Shown: positions 18,001 through 27,168 of the stretch, piece by piece
Layout: every line of letters begins with the position of its first letter
Numbering within the stretch: position 1 is the stretch's first letter
Virus record (IMG/VR): IMGVR_UViG_3300011443_000215
Coordinates: 1 to 32,485 of that record
From: a virus
Lineage: Duplodnaviria > Caudoviricetes
Strand: one strand, 5' to 3'
Length of the DNA stretch: 32,485 bases
Translations under genes and position numbers: made by a program
Notes under the pieces: generated by a model
What the model was told of the DNA's origin: nothing
Database searches by the model: none
Seen by the model: the letters and a program-made list of their open reading frames with translations, nothing else

Positions 18001-18459
18001 GATTTCCTATACAGCGCAAAGGACGGTTCGCTTTTCAAGCATAATAATGACAATGGAACGGATGACACTTATAGCCGTTGGTACGGTTCGCAAGTAAACC
18101 CCGCTATTGGATTTATAATCAACGAAGAACCCAATATTGAAAAACAATATTTAACTTTGAGCGTTGAGGGCAACGGCTTTGAGCCTTCATGGGTGCATCA
18201 CAGAACAGAACTTCCAAATGTCCAATCAACGGATTGTGAAGAATGGGAAAACAGATCGGGTGTCCTATATGAAGCTAACGGAATATTAAGAGATAGATTA
18301 AGCCCTAACGTATCGGGTACATTTGATGAGAAGTTATTTACGGGAGATAAAATGTTAGGCCAATGGATGAAAGTATATGTAGAGTTTGAAACAAGAGAGT
18401 TAATACAAATTAGATTTTTTAATGTAGGCGCAGTTGTTTATAACGGCCAAAAAACATAA
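15037..18459 (+). CDS. Tail nozzle/muzzle (stabilization) protein
   Basis: ~1140 aa, aromatic and beta-rich. N-terminus GGLDSD...L.P......QNVR; YQIALQF.D.AGR; IAYS...NGLSTF; YG..NPES; GG.DPY..E. Position between ring genes and ejection genes. ATG at 15037. Confidence 0.7.
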   Translation: MQQIIKKLLNGGLDSDSAEFLVPKECFISGQNVRIGGTTDLGGVGYIESILENAEKFHVLNSGGENITIGFASDAEEGWIVKFNWSSTGNHGIFLFDIINETWYDLLLEADVTGGLNFEKNQLIHSARIENGNVYWCNAEQNQPRRFNIRAAANLYAPGTFDDVDAYTTPISQDVIYWIRRQPGLPPIMTKMIASPVINNFIKDEGFWASFRYIYRDYEISTLSELSELANYNAPDDEFNALNIEIPVGEYIEQDVLQVDLVIKYASTGKSFVIRSWNKNVALDLAAINNHNSGAELLYFDYYNDFIGTALDDAYSVKPYDSLPIYAQTIEIARNRSFMLNYTLGYDTPVAPTSLDAVFVTQTEGETVTGTWWEMQWRPSPFGSPDTYYVLYLENIGAYSGYYGYLPFPGPVGTVSTPPILPIIADYPTELALAGYTANDILLYFSLDLSGYVNFIPTSSTASITNSPETVTLVGANVFKSDAPYQIALQFRDFAGRKCGAITNSGMIFTTPDRAYDTIAFTTALTWTLSNSNKLAEIPDWAFYYDILISKCLRTRFFLEARAKNITYVVKDIDGEYEFNTNAYADDLNGVAIDITLLNGYGMGYVWAEGDVIKIYKDGDATVYTLSLLGQEGNWVIAELKDLGTIGNTASPYLTGLFEIYTPFRRSSNEPYYGVAQSYKITDPATDDREYSVLTGSIGGDVTLLSRGDGSASYFTENMSPNDKYPYQWNTDSGRPNFIDTIGQETKTNDIAYSDRLIAGTRTNGLSTFEALNTKDVPIECGDGMKLQVADKITEQGNIMLAICANETVSLYLSEAQLLGSTGNAFLAQASDVIGTVNVLKGSYGTLNPESVVLSSGRVFFYSLIRGCFVSYSNNGLFPISDYGLKRVSHLFSQAYAGLSQEEIEEMGSRPFVFGGVDPYHNEVYWSIPTTTLTPPKGYLEDYVSPEPLVIYPYDIYDGLGKVLVFKMNEDRWATPHSYETEYFVDIRDFLYSAKDGSLFKHNNDNGTDDTYSRWYGSQVNPAIGFIINEEPNIEKQYLTLSVEGNGFEPSWVHHRTELPNVQSTDCEEWENRSGVLYEANGILRDRLSPNVSGTFDEKLFTGDKMLGQWMKVYVEFETRELIQIRFFNVGAVVYNGQKT

Positions 18460-18469
18460 ATCCTTACCT

Positions 18470-19111
18470 ATGATATTCGGAGCAATTAATAGCCTAATAC
18501 AAGGCAAGAAACAAAAGAAAATGGCAAAGGGAATCAACCCAATTCAAGCCAACTACGAAACAAGTGAGCCAATTCAAGACTTATACAATGAAGGCAGAAA
18601 CCTTTATCAAGGACGTACAGCCGGAGCAAACGCATTGGAGCAAAACCTATTGACCAACCAAGCAAATGCAATGGGCAATGTCAATAGAAATGCAACAAGT
18701 GGTAGCCAAGCATTAGCAGTAGCGGCGGGGCTTCAAGGCCAAACCAATCAAGGCTTCCAAGACTTGCAATTAAACGAAGCCCAAGACAAGCAAAACAGAT
18801 TTGGCGTAATGTCCAATGTATCCCAACTTTTAGCGCAAGAAGGAGATAAAGTTTACCAAGATAAACTAAGGAAGTACTACGACGACCTTAATTACAAACG
18901 TGGGTTGGAAGGTGCGGCAATGCAAAACAATGCTAACTTTTGGGGTGGATTGGATAATGCGATAGGTGCAGGGGTTTCATTGCTTTCGCCCGGCGGTTTA
19001 TTGTCAGGTAGGAAATCACCAACAGGAGGGCAGCAAATGGGCAATACTATCGGAGGTACGCCAATGTACGGGGCTAACCCCAATTTATCTTATTTTAAAC
19101 CTAACGGGTAA
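18470..19111 (+). CDS. Putative ejection (cargo/internal virion) protein 1
   Basis: Helical and rich in Q/N/A/G, with a Gly-rich tail; directly follows the muzzle gene. ATG at 18470. Confidence 0.55.
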   Translation: MIFGAINSLIQGKKQKKMAKGINPIQANYETSEPIQDLYNEGRNLYQGRTAGANALEQNLLTNQANAMGNVNRNATSGSQALAVAAGLQGQTNQGFQDLQLNEAQDKQNRFGVMSNVSQLLAQEGDKVYQDKLRKYYDDLNYKRGLEGAAMQNNANFWGGLDNAIGAGVSLLSPGGLLSGRKSPTGGQQMGNTIGGTPMYGANPNLSYFKPNG

Positions 19112-20595
19112 TGGCATACGGAGTAGAGCAACAAATAGGAATAGGCCAAGCGCAAGTTCTCCCACAAGGGGCGAACCCTATGGCTCTTGTCCAACAATTA
19201 AATCGTCAAAAAGCATACAAAGACGAAACAGATAGGTATAACCAACAAGTAGCAAAGCAAGAAGAAAAAGACTTGTATGGTATAGTTGGAGATGCTTTAA
19301 ACCTAAGAGATTTCAACCCCGTTATTCATGAGCAAGTTAGAAAGGGTAAAACTGATTTAGCTAAAAAATTAATGACAGAAAAGCCATCATTAGCAGAGGC
19401 TCACATGATGGCACAAAACTATGCACAAGAACTTGGAATAGTAAGCGATCAATTCAATCAAGTAGATAAATATATTGCCGATTCTAAGAAAGAATACGAT
19501 GGGGATAAGGCTATAAATTTAGGGAACATTGAGGCATTAACGAGAAAAAAAGTTATAGATCAATATAAGGCAACTGGAAAGGTTGACACATCTATCAATC
19601 CGTTTGACGAAGTGATGATGGAAAATTCAGAGTTATCTTTAACGGGGAAAGGGAATCATTTAGATATTGATTTTAAAAACGTCTTAAAGCAAACTCCAAA
19701 AGGAGGGTATAAAAGAGTAAACAAAAATAGGGGATACGATGAAATGGATTGGGACGTAGAAACTTACCCAGATTACTACGATTTCAAACCGGGGGATGAG
19801 GGTAATGCTCCAACTATATCAACGAAATCAGAAGCATCGGGTCTAAAGGATGATGCGGGTAATGATATACCAATGTTATCTGAAAGTGCAATGGATTTGG
19901 TAACAGCTAAAACTTCCAATAAGCTAAAATTATTTAATAGGGTTAAAGAAAAATATCCAGACATTGATTTAAAAAGCGGCGAAGCTGAAAAATTAATGAG
20001 AATAGAAGCGTATAAAGATGTTAATGAAAAGATACCACTAATAAGTTCTAAGCCAAAGACAGCAGCTAATCCGGTAATGTCTCACTCTTTTAACTTTGGT
20101 AGTGGATTTGGACAACAAGGTGGTGCTGGCCAAACAAAAGGAAACGCATTCGATGATTTTCCAAACGAAGATCACGGAACGTTTAAGATTCAAGATGGTA
20201 CGTTTTTCGAAGCTGACGGTTCGCTTAAACAAGGTAAATTATTTATTAAAGGGGATAGGATACCATCAACTATTAAAACTGCCTTGAATGCAGGGGGGAT
20301 TGACCCTAAATTATTAATTAGCGGTGTTGATGCGATTCTTAAAGATGGTAAGATAGTAAGCATGAGCAATAAGCCAATAGGGGTAGTTACAAGGCAAGCG
20401 ATGGAAGGAGTATTCCAGCCAAAAGCAGATACAGAGCCATTGAAAGGTGAGAAGTTGCAGTTTGCGCCGAATCAGCAGCCTAAAGGCGGTAGCTACTCAA
20501 ATCAACAACCCGCTACATATAAAGGGAAGAAAATAAACGTCGGTGTTAAAAACGGCAAATGGTATAATACAGCAACCGGAGAAGAAATTAAATAA
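19111..20595 (+). CDS. Putative ejection protein 2
   Basis: 494 aa, charged helical N-terminal half and Q/G linkers; lies between ejection-like genes. Confidence 0.5.
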   Translation: MAYGVEQQIGIGQAQVLPQGANPMALVQQLNRQKAYKDETDRYNQQVAKQEEKDLYGIVGDALNLRDFNPVIHEQVRKGKTDLAKKLMTEKPSLAEAHMMAQNYAQELGIVSDQFNQVDKYIADSKKEYDGDKAINLGNIEALTRKKVIDQYKATGKVDTSINPFDEVMMENSELSLTGKGNHLDIDFKNVLKQTPKGGYKRVNKNRGYDEMDWDVETYPDYYDFKPGDEGNAPTISTKSEASGLKDDAGNDIPMLSESAMDLVTAKTSNKLKLFNRVKEKYPDIDLKSGEAEKLMRIEAYKDVNEKIPLISSKPKTAANPVMSHSFNFGSGFGQQGGAGQTKGNAFDDFPNEDHGTFKIQDGTFFEADGSLKQGKLFIKGDRIPSTIKTALNAGGIDPKLLISGVDAILKDGKIVSMSNKPIGVVTRQAMEGVFQPKADTEPLKGEKLQFAPNQQPKGGSYSNQQPATYKGKKINVGVKNGKWYNTATGEEIK

Positions 20596-23500
20596 ATGAC
20601 AACAGAGACATACGATAACAAACAGCCGCCACTACCTTCAGGGTTACAACTTGGCGGTGAAGATGAGTTGCCACCTATGCCATCGGGGCTTACTTTAGGT
20701 GAAAAAAAAAATCTTGGTGGCAACGTATCTTCCCCTACATCATCACAATCTCCATCAAGCGTAGGGAGTGAAACGCCTTTTTATGATACTTCTCAATATT
20801 TTGAAAAGCCTAAAGGCCCGTTTCGTAAAAGAGAAACACACCCCGACACCCCAAAGCCAAAAGAAGATAAAGGCGTATTTGGCTATAGAACTTTATTCCA
20901 AGACCCCGAAGCTGAAAAGAATAAATTCATAAAGCCACTCCCACCAAAGACAATAGAAAGTGGGGTTAAGCAAGATAAAAAGGTAGATACCGGAGTTACT
21001 GGTTATATATTCAATACCATTGTGGATGGTGTTGCAGACTTAGTTTCAGGACTTCCAGAGGCTACAAATGCGGTATTGGATGCCGGATACGACTTGATAG
21101 ATAAAGCGGCTGGGACTCCTGGTTTATCAAAAAGGTTAGCAAAGCAAGGGGGCCCGCTTGCGCCAATTCGTGCCCCTGAAGGAGAGGATATAAGAGAGGG
21201 GATGAAAAGTACATTCGGTGTAAATACAGAATATAAGCCAGAAGCATTTGACGTTACAAATGGTATTCAAGCATCAGATATTAAAACATTAGCAGTCGAA
21301 GCCCCAAGACAATTGCTTGATATGGCTTATGGTGCAGCAACGGGGGGTGGTTCTTTCTTTTTACAATCAATAAGTCAAAATGCAAAAGAACTTAACGAAA
21401 ATCCTAACGCTAAAAACTTATCATCAACTGAAAGGTTGACGTATTTATATACTCAAGGTGCGGTACAGGCTGCACTTGAAAAGTTCTCTCTTGATAAAAT
21501 ATTAAAATCCACAGGTCTTTCGCAAAAGGTAAAGCAGAAAATATCCAACGAAATAACGCAAGAATTTATAAAGAAAGGCAAAAAAGTAACGGCAAAAGAG
21601 ATAGAGGAAGCTGCATTTAAAAAGGCATCTTCATTTGCAAGTAAAGCTAAAAATGTAGGGGCAAAGGCCGCAACTTCATTTGGCGTGGAAGCCGGTACTG
21701 AAGCAGCGCAGCAGGGGGCTTCAGATGCCATGAAGTTGATGGTAGGGAGTAAGGTATTTGATACAGAAGATATAACTACAAACTTTGTAAAAAATGTAGT
21801 CAATGCAGGTGTTCAAGGAGGTGTATTCGGCGGTGTATTAGGTGGGGGCGTAGGCGCATTATCAAACACTAACAAGGCAATTAGGAATGAAATATCTAAA
21901 GTTCAAACACCAGAGGACGTACAAAAAATACAATCAGATATTGCAACGCAAGTTGAATTGGGTAATATCACTCAAGAGGAAGCGGAAGCCGCCAATATCA
22001 CAGCCCAACAGTATGCAGAAATAGCATCTACAATACCACAAGAAATAAATGCAGAAAAGAAGTACGCATTGATTGGTGGAATAGAACAAAGGGAGCAACT
22101 TAAAAAAGAAATTGAGAATGTCAATTCAGAAATGGGTTATCTTGACCCTGCATTCCATGAAGAACCAAAAGCAAGAATAGGATTACTTAATGCCAAACTT
22201 GAGCAAACAAATGATTACATAGATGGGCTTGTTGCTGATAAAAAAGTAACGTACAAAAAAGATGGGGATGCTTTTTTCAAGACAATGCCAAATGGAGAAG
22301 TTCGCCCAATATCAAAAGAGCATTACGATTTAGGTGTTGCAATACGTGAAGAAGAAGCTGCCAAAAATAAGAAACCCGAAATAAAACCCGAAGATAGAAA
22401 GTCATTCACTTTTACCCATGATGAAGATGTGCCAACGGAATTAGAAAACGTTAAGCCGGTTTACACTCAAGAAGTAGAAACAGAAGATGGGCCAAAAGTA
22501 GAAGTAACATATACGGGGGAGCAATTAATAAAAGCGGGGTTGGCTGAAAAAGAAGTAAGCCCCGAAGAAATGATAGTTGAGGAAGCTAAGAAAGGCACGT
22601 TAGGGTTTTATAACCAAATGGTGAAAGACAATCCAGATACCGCCAAAGATGTTCTACTGGACTATGCAAAGCAGAAGTACGGAGTATTAGGAGATGGTTC
22701 AGTAGATAAAAATGGCGGCGCACCAATAACCAATAAAGAGGCAGATGCAGCAGCTACCAAAGCATATCCAGACAAACAATCTACTGTAGATGCCGTTAAA
22801 GCACAATTAGCCACTCAAGAGCAACCTGTTACCCAAGAAACACAGGCATCAGAAGGGGCGGCAGGTAATGTCGTTCCTTCTTTAAAAGGGAAAGAAAAAA
22901 TAAATGAGCATATTAGCCAATTAACTGAAGATAATTATTTACTTACCCATGTGACTACCGAGGAAAATGCAAGAAATATTACCGAAGGAGGTATGTCTGT
23001 TGGGATAGGTACTGGGATATCAAGTACACTAACATCAGCAGGGGCGCAAACTGCAAGTAACCAAATAGAGAGATTGATTAATGGGGAAGTTGTTCATAGA
23101 GATGCAAATAATAATAGTGTAGCAGTTATAGCTGTCCCTAAAGCAGAGTTGGATAAAATGGAGGGTAAGTCAATTGCAGATAAATTTGAGAATTGGCTTA
23201 TAGAAAATGGGCATTTGAATGAAGATAAATCTAAGATGGTTATCCCAAAAGAATTTCATGCTGGATATTTAAGCGGGGATACATTTGTTCAAAATAAACC
23301 AAAGGAAGTAGCCGCACAACCAACCCAAACATCATCCAATGTCGTTCCTTCTTTGAAAGATGTGGAAAGTACAACTAAAGCAGTTCGGGATGCAGTTCGG
23401 GATGATTATACGGTAATGTACGGCTTGAATAATTTGCCACATGAAGTGAGTATTAGTGAAATAGATAAAAAATCAAAGACTAATTCACAAACAATAGATG

Positions 23501-26500
23501 AAGCGGTAGAAAACATAAAAAATGGTAAAACATCAAAAAGTGGCGAAACTACCCCTTTACTTGTTGCTAATAATGACGGGACTTATTCTATTTCAGATGG
23601 GTTTCACAGAATAGCGCAAGCAATTACCGATGGGAAGGATAAAATATCAGCGAAAGTTGTTTATGAAAATGAATTACAGGTATCAAAAGCCTACCATAAA
23701 GCAAAAAAAGATGGTAGCAATCCAGAACTTGTAAAAGCTGTTGAAGAATTATTAGGCCAAAAACCAACCCCACAAACCAAAGATGGGGGAGAGAAGGTTG
23801 AAAAAACAGCAGAAACAACGCAACTAACTGAAAATGAAGCAGGAGAAGGAGTACCCCCAACTACCACACCACCCGTTGCAGAAGGTACAGAGAACGAAGA
23901 TAAAAGCAACAAAGCATTAGCCACAAGGCTTGTAAACGCCAAGAATGTACCGGAAGCAGCCAAAGAAGGCATAAGAGCCGTTGGTTTAACCTATGAGCCA
24001 CAGAGCCAACAAGAGGCAGAAGAAATGGCAGATGCCATCATTGACTACTTAGGTATTGATGAAGCGGTATTGAGAGCAAGGGCGCAAGAGTTTGGTGGTG
24101 ATGTGAATACATTGGTGCAAACGCAAGCCCTTAACCAACTTGCTGAAATGTCAGACAAGGCTACCAACCCACAAGATAAATTACTATTTGATAAACAATT
24201 TGCTGAAGTAGGCATACAACTTGATGAATGGTTAAGAAAGCAAGGTAGGGGAATAGCAGCATTGAACTTCTTTTATAAGAAGTCTCCTTTGGGTATGCAG
24301 ATGATTGAAAATGCAACCAGGAAGAAAGACTTCGATCAATGGTCAAAGCCAAAAGATAAGTCATGGAAAGAGTTCTTTGATGAAATGATGAAAGATCCGG
24401 AGTTTGAAACTTTGGTAAAAGAGGAAGTGAAAAAAGAACGTGCCGACGAAAGAAAAGAAAAGAAAGATAAAGTACACAAAGCCATTGATGATGCAGCTAA
24501 GAAATGGGCTGACAAGTTAAAGCCGAAGCATGGCGGGGCTGACGATGCAAGCAAGGCCGGTTTAGGAGTTGATGAAATAATGAAGGCCGTTTCAGCTACC
24601 ATGAAAGCAGCTTATGATGCAGGGGAAGCTGTTGCAAAGGTAGTTCAAGATGCCATTGATTATATTTCAGCACAATTAGGCCACGATACATGGGGTACAG
24701 ATGAATTTAGAAAAGAGTGGGAGGATAAACTGAAAGATAAGGTCGCCAAAAAGAAATTAACCGATGAAGAAATAAAAGCCAAAGTACTTGATAGGTTCAG
24801 AAAGAAATTAAAAGGGTTAAGTGATGACCAAAAAGATGAAGTAGTAAGAAGGGCGTTTAAAGAAATTGTTGAGAACGGTGGCTTGGATTACGAGGACTTT
24901 AGAAAGATAATTTCCGATGTAACGGGTCGTGGGCCAATGACAGATGCCGAAGCTGCTAAGTTAAAAGAACTTGTTAAGACAATGAACTCCGTTGAAGATG
25001 CAGCGACAAAAGCCCGTACCGATAGAAATGAAAAATCACTAAGCGATTATAAAAGAAAGCAACTTGAAGCGGGTAGGGCATCAAAGGAATTAAGTTTAAT
25101 GCTATACAATAAGCCAAACGTATTAAAGAGGCTTACTTCTATAATGCAGTTAAATACGTTAGGTATCCCCGCATTGGTGAACAATCCTATTTATAACATT
25201 TGGAATCAAACTACATTGCGTTTCCCAATAGGAGTATTCAATAGTTTGGTTGATGGAACTATTTCAGCTATTGCAAAATCAATGGGTAAGAAATATACAT
25301 CAGAAACAAATGTAGTAATAGCGCAAAAAGAGTTCTTTAAGAAATTAGGATTAGGTTTTAAAGAAGCCGGTACGCAATTCTTTACAGGGTTGGATAGGCA
25401 AGATTATACTCAAAAAGAACTACAAGGACAACAAATAAGGCCGTTAAGTTCATTGATGGACCTATGGAGTAAGAGCAGAAGAAAGCAATTAACGAAGGCG
25501 CAAATTGCAGACAAAGCTATTCAAGCAAGCCCTCAAGGGTGGATAGCAGAAGGTATTGCCCGTGTGCTTAACTTAGGTGATAAGCCACAACGTTTCGCAG
25601 CCGAAGGAGCGCAAGCGGCAGCATTTTCAAAAGCATTAGGCATATCAGATATTGACTATAAACTATTCATTGAGTTCCCAAGAGAGGAAGCGTATAGACA
25701 ATATAAAGCAAAAGGGTTAAGTGATGCAGATGCAGGTAAGAAAGCTGATTACGTAAGAGATACCATTGTAAAGGAAGGGCAGCGTTCAACATTCCAGCAA
25801 GACAACTTCCTTAATGATTTATTGAATAAGATATTTGGCGGCGAGCAAAGTGGTGCAGGCAGTTTAGCGAAAGCAGTCGCCATTTCTCCGTATATAAAAA
25901 TACCTTCCAATGCTTTTTGGTCTTACTTTAATTTAGTAAATCCAGAGGTAGCTATTTTACAATCTGTTTATTACGGCACTAAAGCAGTAGCAAGACAAAA
26001 AGACCCCAATGTAAAATTCCCATTCGATAAGGATAAGTCAACAGCAGCTAAAGATTATCACGAAGCAAGATATTGGTTAGCCCATGCTGCCGTAGGTATT
26101 GCAATGCGTTCCGTTATAACGGGGATGGTTCTTGCCGGTGTATTCAGATCAAGTAATGATGACGATGAAACTAAAAAAGAAAGAGAAGGCGAGAAAAACT
26201 ACGAGGCGCAAGGCGGCGTAAATGCTAATAAACTTGCAGCATGGCTAAGAGGTGGCGACCCAAGTAAAGTTAAGGGCGGTCTTGTTATAGGCAACCGTTG
26301 GTTCGGCCATTGGGGTAGTGTTGGGAATACAATCGCTAAGAGGTATGAAGAAATGACACCCGAACAAAAAGAAGCCGGAGATACATATTGGAATATGATT
26401 GGTGGTAACTTACAGCTTTCAAGTTTGGAAGAATTGCAGCAAGGGGTGTTTAGTAATTCATCATCTATGATGACAGCGTTAGAAAATCCTTCATACGGAA

Positions 26501-27168
26501 TGAAACGTTGGGGATTGAGTACAATCGGTATGTTCACCAACATACTTCATCCGGCAGCAGCAGCACAATTATCAAGGGCTGAAATACCATACGTTTCTCA
26601 AACTAAAGCAGATACATTCGGTCAAGAGTTAAAGAATAGTATGTTGCAACGTTCAAGTTGGTTGAGAAAAGCAACAGGCCAATACCCGCCATCCAAAGTA
26701 AGTATTTGGGGCGAAAAAATAGACAGAACAAAAGACAACTTTGCACAAAGATTATTCGGGTGGAATAACGTAGATAAGGATGCTTTTGCAAGACCAATTT
26801 ACGATGATGTAGTAAGAACAAATGACATTGGATACTTCCCTCCAAGTGTTAAGCCTGAAATAGAAAAGATGAAGTTAAACGTAGAGCAAGCATCAAAACT
26901 TGAAACATATATAGGGCAAGCAAGGAAAGGGTATATAGCACCATTCATTAATGACCAAGCAACCATTGATGGATTTGATGTTAAGTACAGCCAACTAACA
27001 GACCCAGATAAAAAGTATGTTCTTCAATACTTATATGGGTTGGCTAAAGACGATGGTGAAGAAAGATTCTTAACTGAATTCCCAGCAATGAAAAAAGAGG
27101 AAGTTGATAGGGACTATGATAAAGAAGTACAAAAAGAAGTTTTCAAACTACTTCAAAAATATAAATAA
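20596..27168 (+). CDS. Giant (2190 aa) ejection/large polyvalent protein with ART-like and ParB-like modules
   Basis: Pro-rich N-terminus; G/A-rich EAGTEAAQQ...GGVFGGVLGGGVG segment; coiled coils; THVTTEENARNI..GG module; PLLV......ISDGFHRI.A module; long helical C-terminal half. Confidence 0.7.
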   Translation: MTTETYDNKQPPLPSGLQLGGEDELPPMPSGLTLGEKKNLGGNVSSPTSSQSPSSVGSETPFYDTSQYFEKPKGPFRKRETHPDTPKPKEDKGVFGYRTLFQDPEAEKNKFIKPLPPKTIESGVKQDKKVDTGVTGYIFNTIVDGVADLVSGLPEATNAVLDAGYDLIDKAAGTPGLSKRLAKQGGPLAPIRAPEGEDIREGMKSTFGVNTEYKPEAFDVTNGIQASDIKTLAVEAPRQLLDMAYGAATGGGSFFLQSISQNAKELNENPNAKNLSSTERLTYLYTQGAVQAALEKFSLDKILKSTGLSQKVKQKISNEITQEFIKKGKKVTAKEIEEAAFKKASSFASKAKNVGAKAATSFGVEAGTEAAQQGASDAMKLMVGSKVFDTEDITTNFVKNVVNAGVQGGVFGGVLGGGVGALSNTNKAIRNEISKVQTPEDVQKIQSDIATQVELGNITQEEAEAANITAQQYAEIASTIPQEINAEKKYALIGGIEQREQLKKEIENVNSEMGYLDPAFHEEPKARIGLLNAKLEQTNDYIDGLVADKKVTYKKDGDAFFKTMPNGEVRPISKEHYDLGVAIREEEAAKNKKPEIKPEDRKSFTFTHDEDVPTELENVKPVYTQEVETEDGPKVEVTYTGEQLIKAGLAEKEVSPEEMIVEEAKKGTLGFYNQMVKDNPDTAKDVLLDYAKQKYGVLGDGSVDKNGGAPITNKEADAAATKAYPDKQSTVDAVKAQLATQEQPVTQETQASEGAAGNVVPSLKGKEKINEHISQLTEDNYLLTHVTTEENARNITEGGMSVGIGTGISSTLTSAGAQTASNQIERLINGEVVHRDANNNSVAVIAVPKAELDKMEGKSIADKFENWLIENGHLNEDKSKMVIPKEFHAGYLSGDTFVQNKPKEVAAQPTQTSSNVVPSLKDVESTTKAVRDAVRDDYTVMYGLNNLPHEVSISEIDKKSKTNSQTIDEAVENIKNGKTSKSGETTPLLVANNDGTYSISDGFHRIAQAITDGKDKISAKVVYENELQVSKAYHKAKKDGSNPELVKAVEELLGQKPTPQTKDGGEKVEKTAETTQLTENEAGEGVPPTTTPPVAEGTENEDKSNKALATRLVNAKNVPEAAKEGIRAVGLTYEPQSQQEAEEMADAIIDYLGIDEAVLRARAQEFGGDVNTLVQTQALNQLAEMSDKATNPQDKLLFDKQFAEVGIQLDEWLRKQGRGIAALNFFYKKSPLGMQMIENATRKKDFDQWSKPKDKSWKEFFDEMMKDPEFETLVKEEVKKERADERKEKKDKVHKAIDDAAKKWADKLKPKHGGADDASKAGLGVDEIMKAVSATMKAAYDAGEAVAKVVQDAIDYISAQLGHDTWGTDEFRKEWEDKLKDKVAKKKLTDEEIKAKVLDRFRKKLKGLSDDQKDEVVRRAFKEIVENGGLDYEDFRKIISDVTGRGPMTDAEAAKLKELVKTMNSVEDAATKARTDRNEKSLSDYKRKQLEAGRASKELSLMLYNKPNVLKRLTSIMQLNTLGIPALVNNPIYNIWNQTTLRFPIGVFNSLVDGTISAIAKSMGKKYTSETNVVIAQKEFFKKLGLGFKEAGTQFFTGLDRQDYTQKELQGQQIRPLSSLMDLWSKSRRKQLTKAQIADKAIQASPQGWIAEGIARVLNLGDKPQRFAAEGAQAAAFSKALGISDIDYKLFIEFPREEAYRQYKAKGLSDADAGKKADYVRDTIVKEGQRSTFQQDNFLNDLLNKIFGGEQSGAGSLAKAVAISPYIKIPSNAFWSYFNLVNPEVAILQSVYYGTKAVARQKDPNVKFPFDKDKSTAAKDYHEARYWLAHAAVGIAMRSVITGMVLAGVFRSSNDDDETKKEREGEKNYEAQGGVNANKLAAWLRGGDPSKVKGGLVIGNRWFGHWGSVGNTIAKRYEEMTPEQKEAGDTYWNMIGGNLQLSSLEELQQGVFSNSSSMMTALENPSYGMKRWGLSTIGMFTNILHPAAAAQLSRAEIPYVSQTKADTFGQELKNSMLQRSSWLRKATGQYPPSKVSIWGEKIDRTKDNFAQRLFGWNNVDKDAFARPIYDDVVRTNDIGYFPPSVKPEIEKMKLNVEQASKLETYIGQARKGYIAPFINDQATIDGFDVKYSQLTDPDKKYVLQYLYGLAKDDGEERFLTEFPAMKKEEVDRDYDKEVQKEVFKLLQKYK
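22867..23354 (+). repeat. In-frame 17 bp direct repeat AATGTCGTTCCTTCTTT (NVVPSL)
   Basis: Copies at 22867-22883 and 23338-23354, 471 bp (157 codons) apart. Confidence 0.85.
23380..23403 (+). repeat. 12 bp tandem duplication GCAGTTCGGGAT x2 (AVRD-AVRD)
   Basis: Exact copies at 23380-23391 and 23392-23403. Confidence 0.85.

Noticed and set aside
20620-20705. PPxPSGLxLG peptide repeated twice at the N-terminus of the giant protein
   Set aside because: Real, but short Pro-rich N-terminal repeats are common in such proteins and support no separate claim.
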